Source: Naegleria gruberi (taxonomy: Eukaryota). Taken from it: 64,000 nucleotides of DNA. Below are positions 33,117 to 45,000 of this stretch, piece by piece; position 1 is the stretch's first letter, and each line of letters starts with the position of its first letter. The stretch lies in assembly GCA_000004985.1 (NCBI GenBank), contig GG738849.1, one strand, 5' to 3'. Under the pieces are notes generated by a model. The model ran no database searches. It was not told the origin of the DNA and was given only the letters and a program-made list of their open reading frames with translations. The translations under genes were made by a program, and so were the position numbers.

Positions 33117-35064
33117 TTAATATTTAATGTCTTGGACTGGTTCATCATTTCGGGATGTACTCAAAGAGGAAACACTCTGTGTGTCAGAAATCATGCTGAG
33201 TATATTACTGCTGGTAAGTTTGTTCTTATTACTCCTTCCTGCTAGTACTGACAAGTTGGTATTACTCTGGCTGTCTAAAAGTTGTTCTCTCATGAATTTA
33301 ACTTGTTGAATGAGTTCTGAATTTTCTGAAACCAAATCATCGTATGCTCCTGTTAATATTGAGAGTTTGTCATTATTTTGCATGTCCCTTTTCTGCATTT
33401 GCTCCTCCAACCTTAAAATATAATTCTCTGATTGGGTCAGTTCTTTTGAAACAATTTTCCTACTCTTTCTTTCAGATTCCAGTTTTTCCTTTAGTTTTTC
33501 ATTTTCTACCTTTAATTGTTCAATTATTCCCTTTTGAATTTCTTGTTTAATCCTCATTTCCTTAACAATCCTTGATTCTTTCGGGGTTATGCTTAGAGAA
33601 GAAGAATCGAGAAAAGACTTTAAAGAGCTAGTTAAATTTCTTGTCCTTTCAGTTTGGGATCCATCACTTTCAATGGTCAATTTTTGAAGTAAGGAACTAA
33701 TTTCTGATGTGAGAGATTCTCTTAAGCTCTCTGTTGCTCTTTCATTTTCATACCTATATTTGATTTCTTCTATTTTCTCTCGAAGAGAATAAATTACACT
33801 ATCCTTTTCACTAGATGTCATATTCAACACGGGGAATTTCTTTGGAGTACTATTCAGTAGGGATTGAGAAAGCTTTACGATGGGTGAGTCTTCAGCGCTT
33901 GGAATATCTTTTCGCAAGGTACTATTAACACTTGACAATTCTTCATCAGAAAGATGTTTAGAGAGAGACCGTCTTCCTTTCTTTACGTATGGTCTTTGAC
34001 TTCTAGTGAGGAATTTCTCCAACTCTTCAACTTGTGTTACAAATTGCTCTTCCAAATCGTTCTTTTCCTTAGTGACATCGTCGAGAGCATATTTCAACAC
34101 TCTGTTTGCCTCAATCATTGAATAGAGATCATTATCGGTCTCTAACCCATCATCGTCAGGAATTGGGGTAATGTCAATATTGTGTACAGAATCTATGAGA
34201 AGAGATGAATTTCTTGAAGAAGAATTTACACTTTTGCTCTAGGAATTAGAATTTGTAAATCGTCATCTGCTTGCACTTCCTGATCAATTGAATCATCCAA
34301 ATTGTACACTAATTTTTGAATAGGTTGAGGTGAAGAAGGGTCTTCAGTATTAAAATCCAATTGACTTGCACCATTCGGAGAATCACTAAGGCCAGTCGAA
34401 ATTGAACTAATTTCCGAATTTTCCTCATCCTCTGTATCAGTCATTTTGTATTTATCTGTTGCATATATTCTTCTTGAAAGTGGTTTTTGAGGAGAGGAAG
34501 TTTTTGAGGATTTCTTAATGGCTGATTGAAACATTCTCTCAACTTTTAATCGTTGGGCTTTTTGAATATCAAAATTTTCGGAAATGGCATTACAATATTC
34601 GGATGATGTATTATTGTTCAAAATATAATTATTATTATTATTCGATCGAGATGGGATGGGTTGGAAGTATTATCTTGTTGATGGTAGGGTAATTCTCTGG
34701 AGTAGGAAAACTTTCTAGGAGCATTGCTTCGAATTGGATTGCTGGATGGATGATGGTAATTGATAATATTTTCCTGATATTGTTGAAGATTTTGTTCGGA
34801 AAGAGTTGGATAATGGCTTGATGAATTTAAGGATGAAGAAGAGGAATTGGCAAAGGATGAATTTCTCGATATGACTGCAATGGAAGTACTAGATGATGAG
34901 AGCGAGGGCCTTCTTCCCCGAGAGGAGGTGGATTTCATTGGGGAATTTGAGGCTGCTACAATAATGGCAGCACTTCTCATTCCCAGCTCATCGAGGTAAT
35001 TGCCCTCTCCAATCAATGATGATGATGAAGATGAGGAAAGCAATGATGAGGTCGGTAGACTCAT
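33117..35064 (-). CDS. Ser-rich N-terminal region plus a coiled-coil protein, encoded as three consecutive same-strand ORFs in different frames (34618..35064, 34226..34621, 33117..34118). The gene structure is unresolved.
   Basis: The ORFs abut: a TGA/TTG overlap at 34618-34621, and a TAA at about 34226 with the next frame open from about 34240. No canonical intron reconciles the frames. Confidence 0.3.
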
Positions 35065-35218
35065 TTCTTTGAGAAGAATTTAGGTATTTTCTGAAGGAGA
35101 AAAAATGTAAATGGATTTTGGCGCCAAAATTATCAGTTCAACATTAAGAAATAATGTCATTTGAAGTGTAAAGCATGTTTCATAGAATATGCAAATAAAA
35201 GAAAGAAATATATATTTA

Positions 35219-37045
35219 CTATTTCTTTCTGAGAGTGAGTCCAGTGAGTTTGGACAGAGTGAAAAATACTAATGTGTGTAAAGTCACCAGATAAAAGAAG
35301 AGGAATAAACGACCAAGTTTGTGGGATAGCATTAAACCACTACATCTATAAATAAGCTTCTCAGCTGCATTCATATTGTTTAGTCTGTCTTCTCTTTCCT
35401 TCTTGTGGAATCTCTTGAAAGGATCTAATTCTTGTTCATAGAGCTTTTCGTACTTGTTTTGAATTGGTTCATATTCCATATTTGATTCAGGATTTGGTTT
35501 GTTTCTACTTGTTGATGTATTATTACCAAATGATTGTAAATATTTAGTCTTTTCATACAGCTTCAAATTCTCCTTTCTGAGTTTTCCAACCTCATTTTCA
35601 ACTTGTTCCATTTGCTGTTTCAATTGGGCATATTGCTCCTCCATGACATTATTCTTGTCTCTGAAACGGTTACGTTGCTCTGTAAGAATTGATATGAGGG
35701 ATTGAGCATCAGTGGATTCTTCATTCTTTGGTGATTTCATTAAATTGTCCACATTGGATTCCAATCTCTCAATCATGGATGCTTGTTCCTTTGTTTTGGC
35801 TGAAAGTTGAGTGAGTTCTGTGTTGAGCGTTTCGATTTTTTCTTCCTTTTCTCTATTGTTTTGATTGGATTTGGTCAAATCATTTTCCAATTTCATAACC
35901 TTTTCCTTCAATAATTGCTCAACAGTCTTCTCTTGCAAGTTATTGTCATAGCCAAATTCCAATTGTTGAAGTGTGTCAATTCGTTCTCTAAGTTTGGACA
36001 TTTCCTCTCTGGATGGTCTTTGATTCAATTCATGTTGAGTATTCAACAAGAGTTGATGTTGTTGGTGGATTTGATCTTGTAGTTGTTGGATATTTTCCAT
36101 TTTTTCTCTATTTTCCTGTTTAAGGTCATTAATCTTTGTCAGATATTCAGTTTTCATTTCATTAATCATTAATTCCTCATCTACTCGTCCTTCAGAATTT
36201 TCAACAACAGATTTGGCTTGAGATTTCAATTCTAAAATTTCATTTTCATACTTTAACACTTGCTCATGATGCATATCGGATTGATACTGTTTTGATGCTT
36301 CAATTTCTTCAATCTTAGTCTTTAGTTCATAATTTACATTTTGAGTCTCATTGTACAAGTTTGATAAACGGTCATTTTCATTTTTCAACTCCTTGAGTTC
36401 ACTTTGCATTATCAGCTCACGATCTTTGAATTTTTGAATCATTAACTCGTGCTCTTTGGATAATTCATTTTGATTCTTGTACTTTAAAATTTCTTCCTCT
36501 AGCTTTCTAATTGTAACTTCTTGATTTTTCAAATGAGTAAATTCATGTTCATATTCAGTCAATTGTTTTTTCAATTCCTTGATTGTATTTTCATATTCTT
36601 CCTGGCTAGCCTGTTGTTGTGACATTTGTTGATATTTACAAATAATGTGATATGGATCAGGGGCTTCTCTTATTGGCTGATACAATTCCAAGAATAATTT
36701 TTCAGCATTCATTCCTCTGTTTGTCAGAGAATCAATCTCATCTTGATACGATTTGAGCAGTTTTGAGAATGAATTTAATTTTTCATCATTATTCAACTTT
36801 TTAAAATTCTTTGTAAGAGTTGCCAAGTTTTTTCTACTATTAGCTGTTTGTTCTCTAACCTTTACAATATTTAATCCTTGTTCATCAAAAAAGTCTCTCT
36901 TTTTATCTAATTCAATAGTTTTCCACAATTCTTTACATTTTTGTAAATCATTTAAATACATCATTGTTACTGATGAGGTGGGAATTATCGGATCGTTATT
37001 AGAACCACCCGATGATGATGAAGGGACTGTTGGTTGCAACGACAT
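35219..37045 (-). CDS. Tail-anchored golgin CASP/Coy1 homolog.
   Basis: The 608-aa ORF has the N-terminal CASP block (LQKCKELWKTIELDKKRDFFDEQGLNIVKVREQTANSRKNLATLTKNFKK), a long coiled-coil and a C-terminal transmembrane anchor (LFLFFYLVTLHTLVFFTL). Confidence 0.6.
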   Translation of the reverse strand: MSLQPTVPSSSSGGSNNDPIIPTSSVTMMYLNDLQKCKELWKTIELDKKRDFFDEQGLNIVKVREQTANSRKNLATLTKNFKKLNNDEKLNSFSKLLKSYQDEIDSLTNRGMNAEKLFLELYQPIREAPDPYHIICKYQQMSQQQASQEEYENTIKELKKQLTEYEHEFTHLKNQEVTIRKLEEEILKYKNQNELSKEHELMIQKFKDRELIMQSELKELKNENDRLSNLYNETQNVNYELKTKIEEIEASKQYQSDMHHEQVLKYENEILELKSQAKSVVENSEGRVDEELMINEMKTEYLTKINDLKQENREKMENIQQLQDQIHQQHQLLLNTQHELNQRPSREEMSKLRERIDTLQQLEFGYDNNLQEKTVEQLLKEKVMKLENDLTKSNQNNREKEEKIETLNTELTQLSAKTKEQASMIERLESNVDNLMKSPKNEESTDAQSLISILTEQRNRFRDKNNVMEEQYAQLKQQMEQVENEVGKLRKENLKLYEKTKYLQSFGNNTSTSRNKPNPESNMEYEPIQNKYEKLYEQELDPFKRFHKKEREDRLNNMNAAEKLIYRCSGLMLSHKLGRLFLFFYLVTLHTLVFFTLSKLTGLTLRKK

Positions 37046-37248
37046 TTTTTTTATGTGATGATGTCATTCGATTTTGTCAGTGGGCAATTTTAGATAGGTT
37101 TCTTTAGTTTATTTGATTAATATAAAATTGAAATTAGCAAATAATTTAACTTACGGATTATCATTATGATTTGTTCTATGATGGATTGAACATGTATTTA
37201 ATGAAAACTAGTTGTTATATATTATTAAAATTTTAAAACTAAAAAAAA

Positions 37249-37550
37249 TGGTAAGTTTTATTGGAGGGATGTGCTAATAATATTCTCATCAATTTAAAAA
37301 TTAGTCATCATCGGATCAAGCCAATCAATTGGAATTATTGAAGAATAAATTTGTTGGAGTTGGACATGCTGATATCACAAAATTTGAATGGGCTGTAAAT
37401 CAACATAGAGATAGTTATGCATCATATGTATCACATTACCCAATGTTATCATATTTTGCCATGATTGAAAATGAATCCGTTCATAGAGAAAGATATCAAT
37501 TTATTGAACGAATGATTAAACCTTGTGGAAATAAGCCAACTAAGCAATAA
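37249..37550 (+). CDS. SF3B5: Splicing factor 3B subunit 5 (SF3B5/SF3b10/Ysf3), with an intron immediately after the ATG (37252..about 37306).
   Basis: M|SSSDQANQLELLKNKFVGVGHADITKFEWAVNQHRDSYASYVSHYPMLSYFAMIENESVHRERYQFIERMIKPCG matches human SF3B5 (...LQSKYIGTGHADTTKWEWLVNQHRDSYCSYMGHFDLLNYFAIAENESKARVRFNLMEKMLQPCG). Confidence 0.85.
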
Positions 37551-37551
37551 T

Positions 37552-38385
37552 TTATTTTAACAACCAATACAGTAATACAAACGAAACAACTTGTAATGCA
37601 AGTTCAACCTTATACTTTCCAATAAAATTTAAAATATATCTAGTAAGTGAGGTTAGACCTCCACTGTTGCTACTTCTGGATTGTGATTCAATTGATGGTT
37701 TTTGATTATTCTGAGTTACAGAAGTGTTAGATTGGGTGGCTGGTATTGATTCCTTATGTGTCACTTGTTTTGTTGATGGTGGCAGAGCAGAATATCCTCC
37801 GTCATCATAATCCTCGTCTTGTGGCTCTGCAAAATATGCACCTCCAGATTGTTTGAATTTACTATTTCTATACATGTAGGAGAGCTTGTTAAAATTATTT
37901 TGATGCTCAGTAATGGCTTGTGCTTCTTTCATTTGTGATTCCTCTCGTTCCAAATAATCTTCCAATGTATGTCTTTCTTGTTGAGGAAGTGTTTTCATTG
38001 ATTCATTTCCGAGTAATTCTTTTGCCTTGTCAAATAATTGAAGTTTAATGCAAAATTGAATGTAGAGAGTTAAAGTTTTTTGAGATAAACTTGTTGGAGG
38101 AATTTCAAATAATTTATGTACTGATTCATATTCTTGTATTTCATAATAACATTGAATGAGTGTTGAAATAATAAATTCTTGAAGTTGCGAATTTCTAATA
38201 TTTAAAGTAATATTGTCAATACTTGTTCCGTATTGTTTTCCTATACATCCAATACATTCTTTAAATTGTTTTAATTTGAAATGTTTTTTAATTGTTGTGA
38301 TGGTCCACAAATCTACCTTTCCAACCTCCGATAATAATGATGCACCTGATGATGAAGAGCTACTACTTGTTGATGTACGGAGCAT
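37552..38385 (-). CDS. Tail-anchored helical-repeat protein, possibly a PEX26/PEX15-like peroxin.
   Basis: The 277-aa ORF has a TPR-like helical N-terminal domain and a single C-terminal transmembrane segment (LALQVVSFVLLYWLLK*) 1 nt from the convergent SF3B5 stop. Confidence 0.3.
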   Translation of the reverse strand: MLRTSTSSSSSSSGASLLSEVGKVDLWTITTIKKHFKLKQFKECIGCIGKQYGTSIDNITLNIRNSQLQEFIISTLIQCYYEIQEYESVHKLFEIPPTSLSQKTLTLYIQFCIKLQLFDKAKELLGNESMKTLPQQERHTLEDYLEREESQMKEAQAITEHQNNFNKLSYMYRNSKFKQSGGAYFAEPQDEDYDDGGYSALPPSTKQVTHKESIPATQSNTSVTQNNQKPSIESQSRSSNSGGLTSLTRYILNFIGKYKVELALQVVSFVLLYWLLK

Positions 38386-38501
38386 TTTTAATAATAATGA
38401 TTTATTATTGAAATTACTTTTTGCGCCTTAAATTTAAAAAAGTGAACGTTAATCAGTACTGGTTATTTGAAAACTCTCATAAGGAATCATCTTTAAAAAA
38501 A

Positions 38502-40553
38502 ATGGAACAACCTTACCCTTACTCCCATTTTTCAACCACCAACAATTATAACCAAAGGAATAATATGTGGATGAAGGAATCAGAAGACCCTGCCTATGTA
38601 TATAATTATAGTGCCACAGACGATGATATGTCATCCTCATACGAATATTCTTCAAATTGGAGCCAAAGTGCCTCGAACTATTCAGCAAATACAGCAACTA
38701 CCCAATCTTCTCTCACTTCAAAAGAATCCGAGCAGGTTGATCAATTCTTATCATCACTCTATGGATCCGATTATGAAAATATTATTAGTGATGACTCGAG
38801 TTGGAATTCAAGGCAAACGTCTGACCAATTTAAAAACGTGGCCAATATGTCGTTAGCAGAGCTTAATGATGCCCTAAACATCATGTTGCCTTATGAATCA
38901 CCAAACAAAACTACTTCATCAGAGAATAGTAGTGGCAAAATTTCTTCTTCCCATTCACCAACTTTGAAACCTTCAACCAGAAAGACTTCAAATAATTCAA
39001 TCTTTCATGCCCTCTATGAGAATAGTAATGACTGTTTTAGTGGAGCAAAATCTTGTATTGATCTCTCGTCGACGAGTGGCAGTAACAAGGAGAATACCTA
39101 TGCAACTAGCCCTTTGTCCAGTAACAGATCATCTCTATGTTTATCGCCATGTTCTACCAGTAGCTCTCTAACAAAGGTTAGAGAATTCAATCTCCAAACC
39201 GAGAAGAGATCCAGAATTATTAATAATGATATTGTGAAAAAAGAGGAGAAAGAATGTACTTTTCGACCAAAAATCAATTCAACCTCGTCAAGCATTGTAC
39301 AGTGTGACAAGTTTCACGACAGATTAGTAAAATGGCAAGAGAAAAAACGAAAAGAAACTGAGAGAAAGAGAGAGGAATTACTTCAGGAAGAAAATACTCA
39401 ATGTACATTTAAACCAAAAGTATTTTCAGTATCCTCAAATACAGAATCAGATGCGTGTATCAAGCTATTCAACAGTGCAACAAAGTTGGTCGAGAAAAAG
39501 AAGCACAATATTAAAAAGTTGGAACAAGAAGAAATGAAAGAATGTTCCTTCAAGCCATCCATATCAGGAGATCCTTCAGTACAATCAAGGTATTTGGATC
39601 AATCAAAGAAATCAACATCTACTGTGGAGGATGAAGAATGTACCTTCCAGCCAAACATTAGAAAGTCCATTGGAGGACAAAACTCTTCCTATCTTAAGAG
39701 TAATCCCTTTGAAAGATTGAGTAAGGTAAATAGATCTAGAATGGAATTTGATGAAAAAGATTCATTGTTGGATGAATTGACTGATTTGGAATCAGTCGAT
39801 TCATCAAATCAATCAAGTTGGCAGTCTTCTAGACCAAGTTCTGCACCATCCTCAAGGGGAGGAAGAGCTTACCAGGCATCTGTTGAGGAAACTAGTAGAA
39901 AAACCTTTAAGGATTTCATAGACAGGCAACAAAACACAATGAAAAGGAAGGAGCAAAAGATAAATTTCATTAAGAGCAATATGGAACACTCACACAAGCC
40001 TTCAATCAACAAAACTAGTATTGATTTGGCGAAAAATAGAAGTAAGACACCTTTTGAAGAACGGGTAAAGAATGAAATTAACAGAAAGAAACTAAATGAA
40101 AGGCAACAATCCGCACTTGCTGAGAAAAATTGTACATTCCAGCCCCAAATTAACAAAACCTCAAAACAGCTACCCTCGAGAGGGGTGGAAGAGTTGAGTA
40201 AGGGAGATTTGAACCTGAAACAAAAGAAAATAGAACAAACAAAGAAGGTTCTTGAGAGAAGTGAGTTTAAAGACGTAACATTCAAACCAAAAACCAACAA
40301 TGGTACTAAAGCCAAGTCAATTCTCAAATTATCGACTGAACCAGAAACCTATATTGAAAGAATTACTCAATATAAGGAACGAAATGAATACAAGAAGAAA
40401 ATGATGCTGCTTTCAAAGGAACAAAAAGAGCTCGAAGAGTGTACCTTCAAGCCACAAATTCACGATGCACCAGTTTATGTTAAAGAGATTGCTAAATCGA
40501 TGGCATTTGCAAGACAATTAGAGAATCAAGAAATACAAATTAAATGGCGTTAG
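38502..40553 (+). CDS. Repeat protein carrying seven dispersed (E/Q)C(T/S)F(K/R/Q)P-x-I motifs; hypothetical.
   Basis: The motifs are ECTFRPKIN, QCTFKPKVF, ECSFKPSIS, ECTFQPNIR, NCTFQPQINK, DVTFKPKTN and ECTFKPQIH, spaced about 40-60 aa apart in a K/E/S-rich protein. The first ATG is at 38502 (MEQPYPYSHF). Confidence 0.5.
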   Translation: MEQPYPYSHFSTTNNYNQRNNMWMKESEDPAYVYNYSATDDDMSSSYEYSSNWSQSASNYSANTATTQSSLTSKESEQVDQFLSSLYGSDYENIISDDSSWNSRQTSDQFKNVANMSLAELNDALNIMLPYESPNKTTSSENSSGKISSSHSPTLKPSTRKTSNNSIFHALYENSNDCFSGAKSCIDLSSTSGSNKENTYATSPLSSNRSSLCLSPCSTSSSLTKVREFNLQTEKRSRIINNDIVKKEEKECTFRPKINSTSSSIVQCDKFHDRLVKWQEKKRKETERKREELLQEENTQCTFKPKVFSVSSNTESDACIKLFNSATKLVEKKKHNIKKLEQEEMKECSFKPSISGDPSVQSRYLDQSKKSTSTVEDEECTFQPNIRKSIGGQNSSYLKSNPFERLSKVNRSRMEFDEKDSLLDELTDLESVDSSNQSSWQSSRPSSAPSSRGGRAYQASVEETSRKTFKDFIDRQQNTMKRKEQKINFIKSNMEHSHKPSINKTSIDLAKNRSKTPFEERVKNEINRKKLNERQQSALAEKNCTFQPQINKTSKQLPSRGVEELSKGDLNLKQKKIEQTKKVLERSEFKDVTFKPKTNNGTKAKSILKLSTEPETYIERITQYKERNEYKKKMMLLSKEQKELEECTFKPQIHDAPVYVKEIAKSMAFARQLENQEIQIKWR

Positions 40554-40702
40554 TTTATTTTCTTCTGTTTTATTTGCTTAATTAACATATTGTTTATGAA
40601 CAAAACGGTTTTCTAATTGGAAAATGAGGGAATTTTTGGCGCCAATTTTGTTTCCCGCCTTTCAAATCACATCAAAATCTTAATAAAACAATTTAAAAAA
40701 AA

Positions 40703-41980
40703 TGGAACCAATTGATGACTCTGATCTCGAAAATGCTATGCAGGATACTAACTCTACAAATCTCTCCACTCTAGAGAAAAAGTTAAAGGAGAAGAATCAG
40801 CAGCTGAAAAAGGTTTGTATTATCTTGTTGTCTACGAATGTCAACACAACATAGCTATCAAAAGCTTTCTATGCTCTCCAACAAGAGAAGAGAGACTTGG
40901 AAGAGTATTGTATTGTGTTGGAATCGGAAAATATGGAATTTAAAAAAGTTAGGGAACAAATGGATTTCCTCAAAAGCAAAGACGAAGACATTGCTAGACA
41001 ACATCAAAAGCTTTTAGAAAATGAGGAAAGACACATTCAAAAATTGGAAAGAGATATTGAAAAGTATAAAGACGAGAAGAAGAAACTTCAATCAAAGATC
41101 AAGGATTACTTTCTTCCTGAAATCAAAAAATTGCAAATGCTTAGTTCAAAACTGGAAAAGAGTAACATTATGCAAAAAAATCAAATCAAGGAATTTAAAC
41201 GAGAAGTCCAAGAAAAGAATCAAAGGATTAATGAAATGATTGAAGAAAATAGAAGGGATGAATCTCTTCAGAATATCAAGTTTCTTAGAGATCAAAATTC
41301 GACACTTCAAGCAGATCTTAAAGTACTGAAACAAAAACTTGTCACAAAGAACGCATTATGTGAAGATCAGTATGTTGAGCTTCAAGATCTGAGAGCAAAA
41401 GTCGAGGATTTGGATAACAAGCTAGCAAGGAAAACAAATTGGAATCAACAGACTCAATTATTTTACACAGAAAAGAAAGAGCACATAGATGTATTAAAGA
41501 GGGAAAAGATGGCACTCACACGACAACTTAAAAAAGAAGGTAAAAAAGCAACGAAACGAGAAGAAATTATTACAGACCTACTGGAAAGAAATGCTAAACT
41601 GAGAGAGGCCCTTATATGTACGAGTGTTCCTCCAGCCACAGTAGTTGACCATGTTGTCGAAAAATCATTCTATGACAATGTTTCGAATCAACTTAAACTT
41701 ATACAGCAACAGTTAGATATGGACGTGGTTGGTGATCCGTAAGTACTATTAGTTTTATAAGATTATTAATTATCAAAATAATCATTTGTTTAAAAACAGA
41801 GAGCACATTGAAACCAACAGACTTGAAAAGGTAGTTCAAGAAATTCCAATCACATTCCCAACATCCCCACCAAGATTTGATGATAACAAAGAATTAACAA
41901 AAGAACTGAAAAATGAAAGTGCAAGACTTCTCACAAAATCAGTGTTTTTAACGAACGAATTTAAGGAAGTCAACATTTAA
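40703..41980 (+). CDS. Coiled-coil protein in three exons; introns are about 40814..40855 and about 41739..41782.
   Basis: Spliced translation MEPIDDSDLENAMQDTNSTNLSTLEKKLKEKNQQLKK|LSKAFYALQQEKRDLEEYCIVLESENMEFKK...DVVGD|PEHIETNRLEKVVQEIPITFP...EVNI* is mostly heptad-repeat. Confidence 0.5.
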
Positions 41981-42008
41981 TGAAACTTGTAAATATATAA
42001 ATTATAAC

Positions 42009-45000
42009 TTATTTATTGAGCATTTCTTTCAAAGCATTCTTTTGTTCAGTGGTTAACATCTTTTCCAAGTGAGGTAATACTTGTTGATTGACTTGGCATA
42101 ATTCCTTCATCACTTGAGGAAGTATCTCAATAAGATTTACATTATTAATTGGATCTTTTGATGACAAGACATCGTCAAAGTACTCCTCTTCATCATCGTC
42201 AAAGTCATCATCAACAAGTTGATGTAAATAATCATCCTCAACATTAGAATCTGTACCCATAGGCTCACCACCATACAAGACACTTTCAGCAGAATATTCC
42301 TTCTTCTTGTCGTTTTCATTTTCCTTTGCTCTCACAAAAGCATCAACCAAAAGAACAAATGCATGAAGAACAAATGGCATTTGTCTTTCCTTTGTCTTTG
42401 ACTTGGATCTAGTTCTGTATTTTCCTGATGATTCCTTTTCAATTTCTACGGATACAGTAACTGTTCCCAAACGTTCATCTCCAGTTTGGAGCAATTTAGC
42501 CAAAGCTGTTGCTGTAACCTTTAACTTGTAAGCTCCAAAGAAAAATTGTTGATTCTTGGACCACTTATTCAAAAGACAAACTAGCCCATTAGAATCTCCA
42601 ACCTTGATTGATTCCAAAAGGTTGAACATTTGCACAACATCTTGATGATGGAAAAGCTTGGCAAACACAAAAACTATTGATTGAATGAAGATTAATTCTT
42701 CTGAGACATTCAATTTAACAATGCAAGCAGATAGAATTTTTCCAATAATTTCCATGTTAAGTGCAGTACCAAGCTTGGTAAAAATTTCAGTAATTAATTC
42801 GCCAACACCAAAAGCAGCTGATTCACTGAAATTTGGTTGCAACAATCTGTAAATATATTCCAATAAGAAGTGGAATGAAGAAACTTGGTGGTTTTGACTT
42901 GTAAATCTGTGTTGAACTAGAATTTCCTCACTCACATGAACAATGGATCTCAGGCATTCATTGATTTTTTGGATCCATGAAGGATCTTCATTGGAAAATC
43001 CAAGAGACATCAAACTAGGGAAGAGAGAATTCAAAATTGTAATAGAATCTTCCTTCTTTGCACGAACAATAATGGTATTAGACAAGTTGAGCAAATTCTC
43101 TACGAAATCTGATTTGGTGGCAGTTCCACTACTTGTGAAAATTTGAGCAATTCGTGGAATGACATTGTTAACGAGTTGAGCCTCAGTTTCTGGGATTTGT
43201 GCAAGCTTGTCGAATACATTAATAATATCACTTGAAATAGCATGATCATTAGAAAACTTGTCCAATTGATTCAACATAATTGAAATAACATTGGCGCTTT
43301 GAGGAACCACAACATGAGGTAAGAACTGCAATATTTAGAAATTTAGAATCACTCACACACATATAACAACTTACATTTACAAAAACAGCAATGCTTTCCA
43401 ATGGAATGTACATGGTTTCATCTGTTAAATCATCAACCAATTTACACATACAAAAGAGAATGTTTTGTAAAATCTCATCCTTTCCTTGTCCAAATGATGA
43501 GATGAGAGGTTCCAAAATTGGTGAATGTAAACAGAAAATTCTTGCAACTGCTTGACAAGAGTATAATCTCAATGGAAGTGGTTGTTGCTCGTTAAGGTGA
43601 TTTACATAAATAATAAATAATTGCTTGATCAGTTCAAGACTATTGATCTTGTATAGTTTGGTATTACTGATTTGTCCTAAGAAGAAGCTTGAACATTGGA
43701 TGGCTCTCGATTTCAAAAATTGCAAGCTTTCTGTGTTGACTTTCAAGTCATTTTGAACAAGTTGATTCATAAGAGATGGCAGATCGAAAATCTTTGGATA
43801 ATCTTCAATACTATCTCTGAATCCTGTAAAACTGGAAATACACATCAAGCAGGCTTCTCTGAGTTTCCACCAAGTACATGAATTAGAATTTTGAATATAT
43901 AAATTTTGTGATTCTTGCATTCTCTTGTGATATGCTTCAAGTAAACTTTCAACTGCTAAATTATCATAAGTATCATGGAAATCTTCAATCAATTTAGCAC
44001 AAGCAATTCTAATACTATAGCTGGAATATTGATTGTCTTCCTCAGAGACAAATTGTTCTGGTTCAGTTTCCCAAAGTTCTGTCATACTTTCTGGTAATTG
44101 AGAGTAACCAATTAATAAATAAATTAATTGAACCAAATTTGCCTTGCTAGAAGATAGCAATGTTGAAAGCTTTGGATTTAAAACAATTGTCGCCAAAAGT
44201 TCAATTTGTTGACAAATTACTGTTGTAAAGTTAACATTTTCACCTTCACTATCATATCTAGCTGCAATTTCTTTTGTTGGAATACCACTTTCAGATGGCG
44301 AAAGAACAGCATGTTTAAAGTAAGTTTCATATTCCTTTTCCAAAGAGATACAAGTTGATTGTAAAACAACAATGATTGCTTGTTGTAATGTTTTTCCAAA
44401 CTCTTTGATAAGTGTATTCATCATCTTGACACATTCCATCTTGAATGAGCAATCAGATTCAACATTTGGAATCGGTTTGCAAATTTCTCCTAACACTATA
44501 TTCATAGTTGGCTCCAAAGCAGTAGCCAATAATTTCTTTGATTCTTCAATGAGACGATCATCAATAACTCTTTCTCCCTCCTCTGGAGCTTCTTCATAAA
44601 CTCCATCATCCCCATAATCATCCACATACTCATCATCTTCATCAGTTACATCCCCTGATACCATAGCAATTAAAGAAAACATTTCTGAACAAACAGTAAG
44701 AGCTTTAGCTCTAATAATATCAGGTAATTGAGCATTTTCAGCAATTTTCAACATGTAAGGTACTAAAACTGGAAAAACGAAAATGGTATGCTTATCAGAG
44801 AAGTGTTGAGCAACAAGTGACAAACACTTGAGAGCACCCAATGATTGAGCAAAATTTTGTTGATTTGTTAAACCATTTTCATAAATATTAATTAAAATTT
44901 GAATCAAATCATTCCATTCCTCAGGAAATTCATGTTCAGCTGCCTCTGATATACTCATACCAAAAGCTGTATTAATTTTTGAAAGGAAAGCAGGAGGTGT

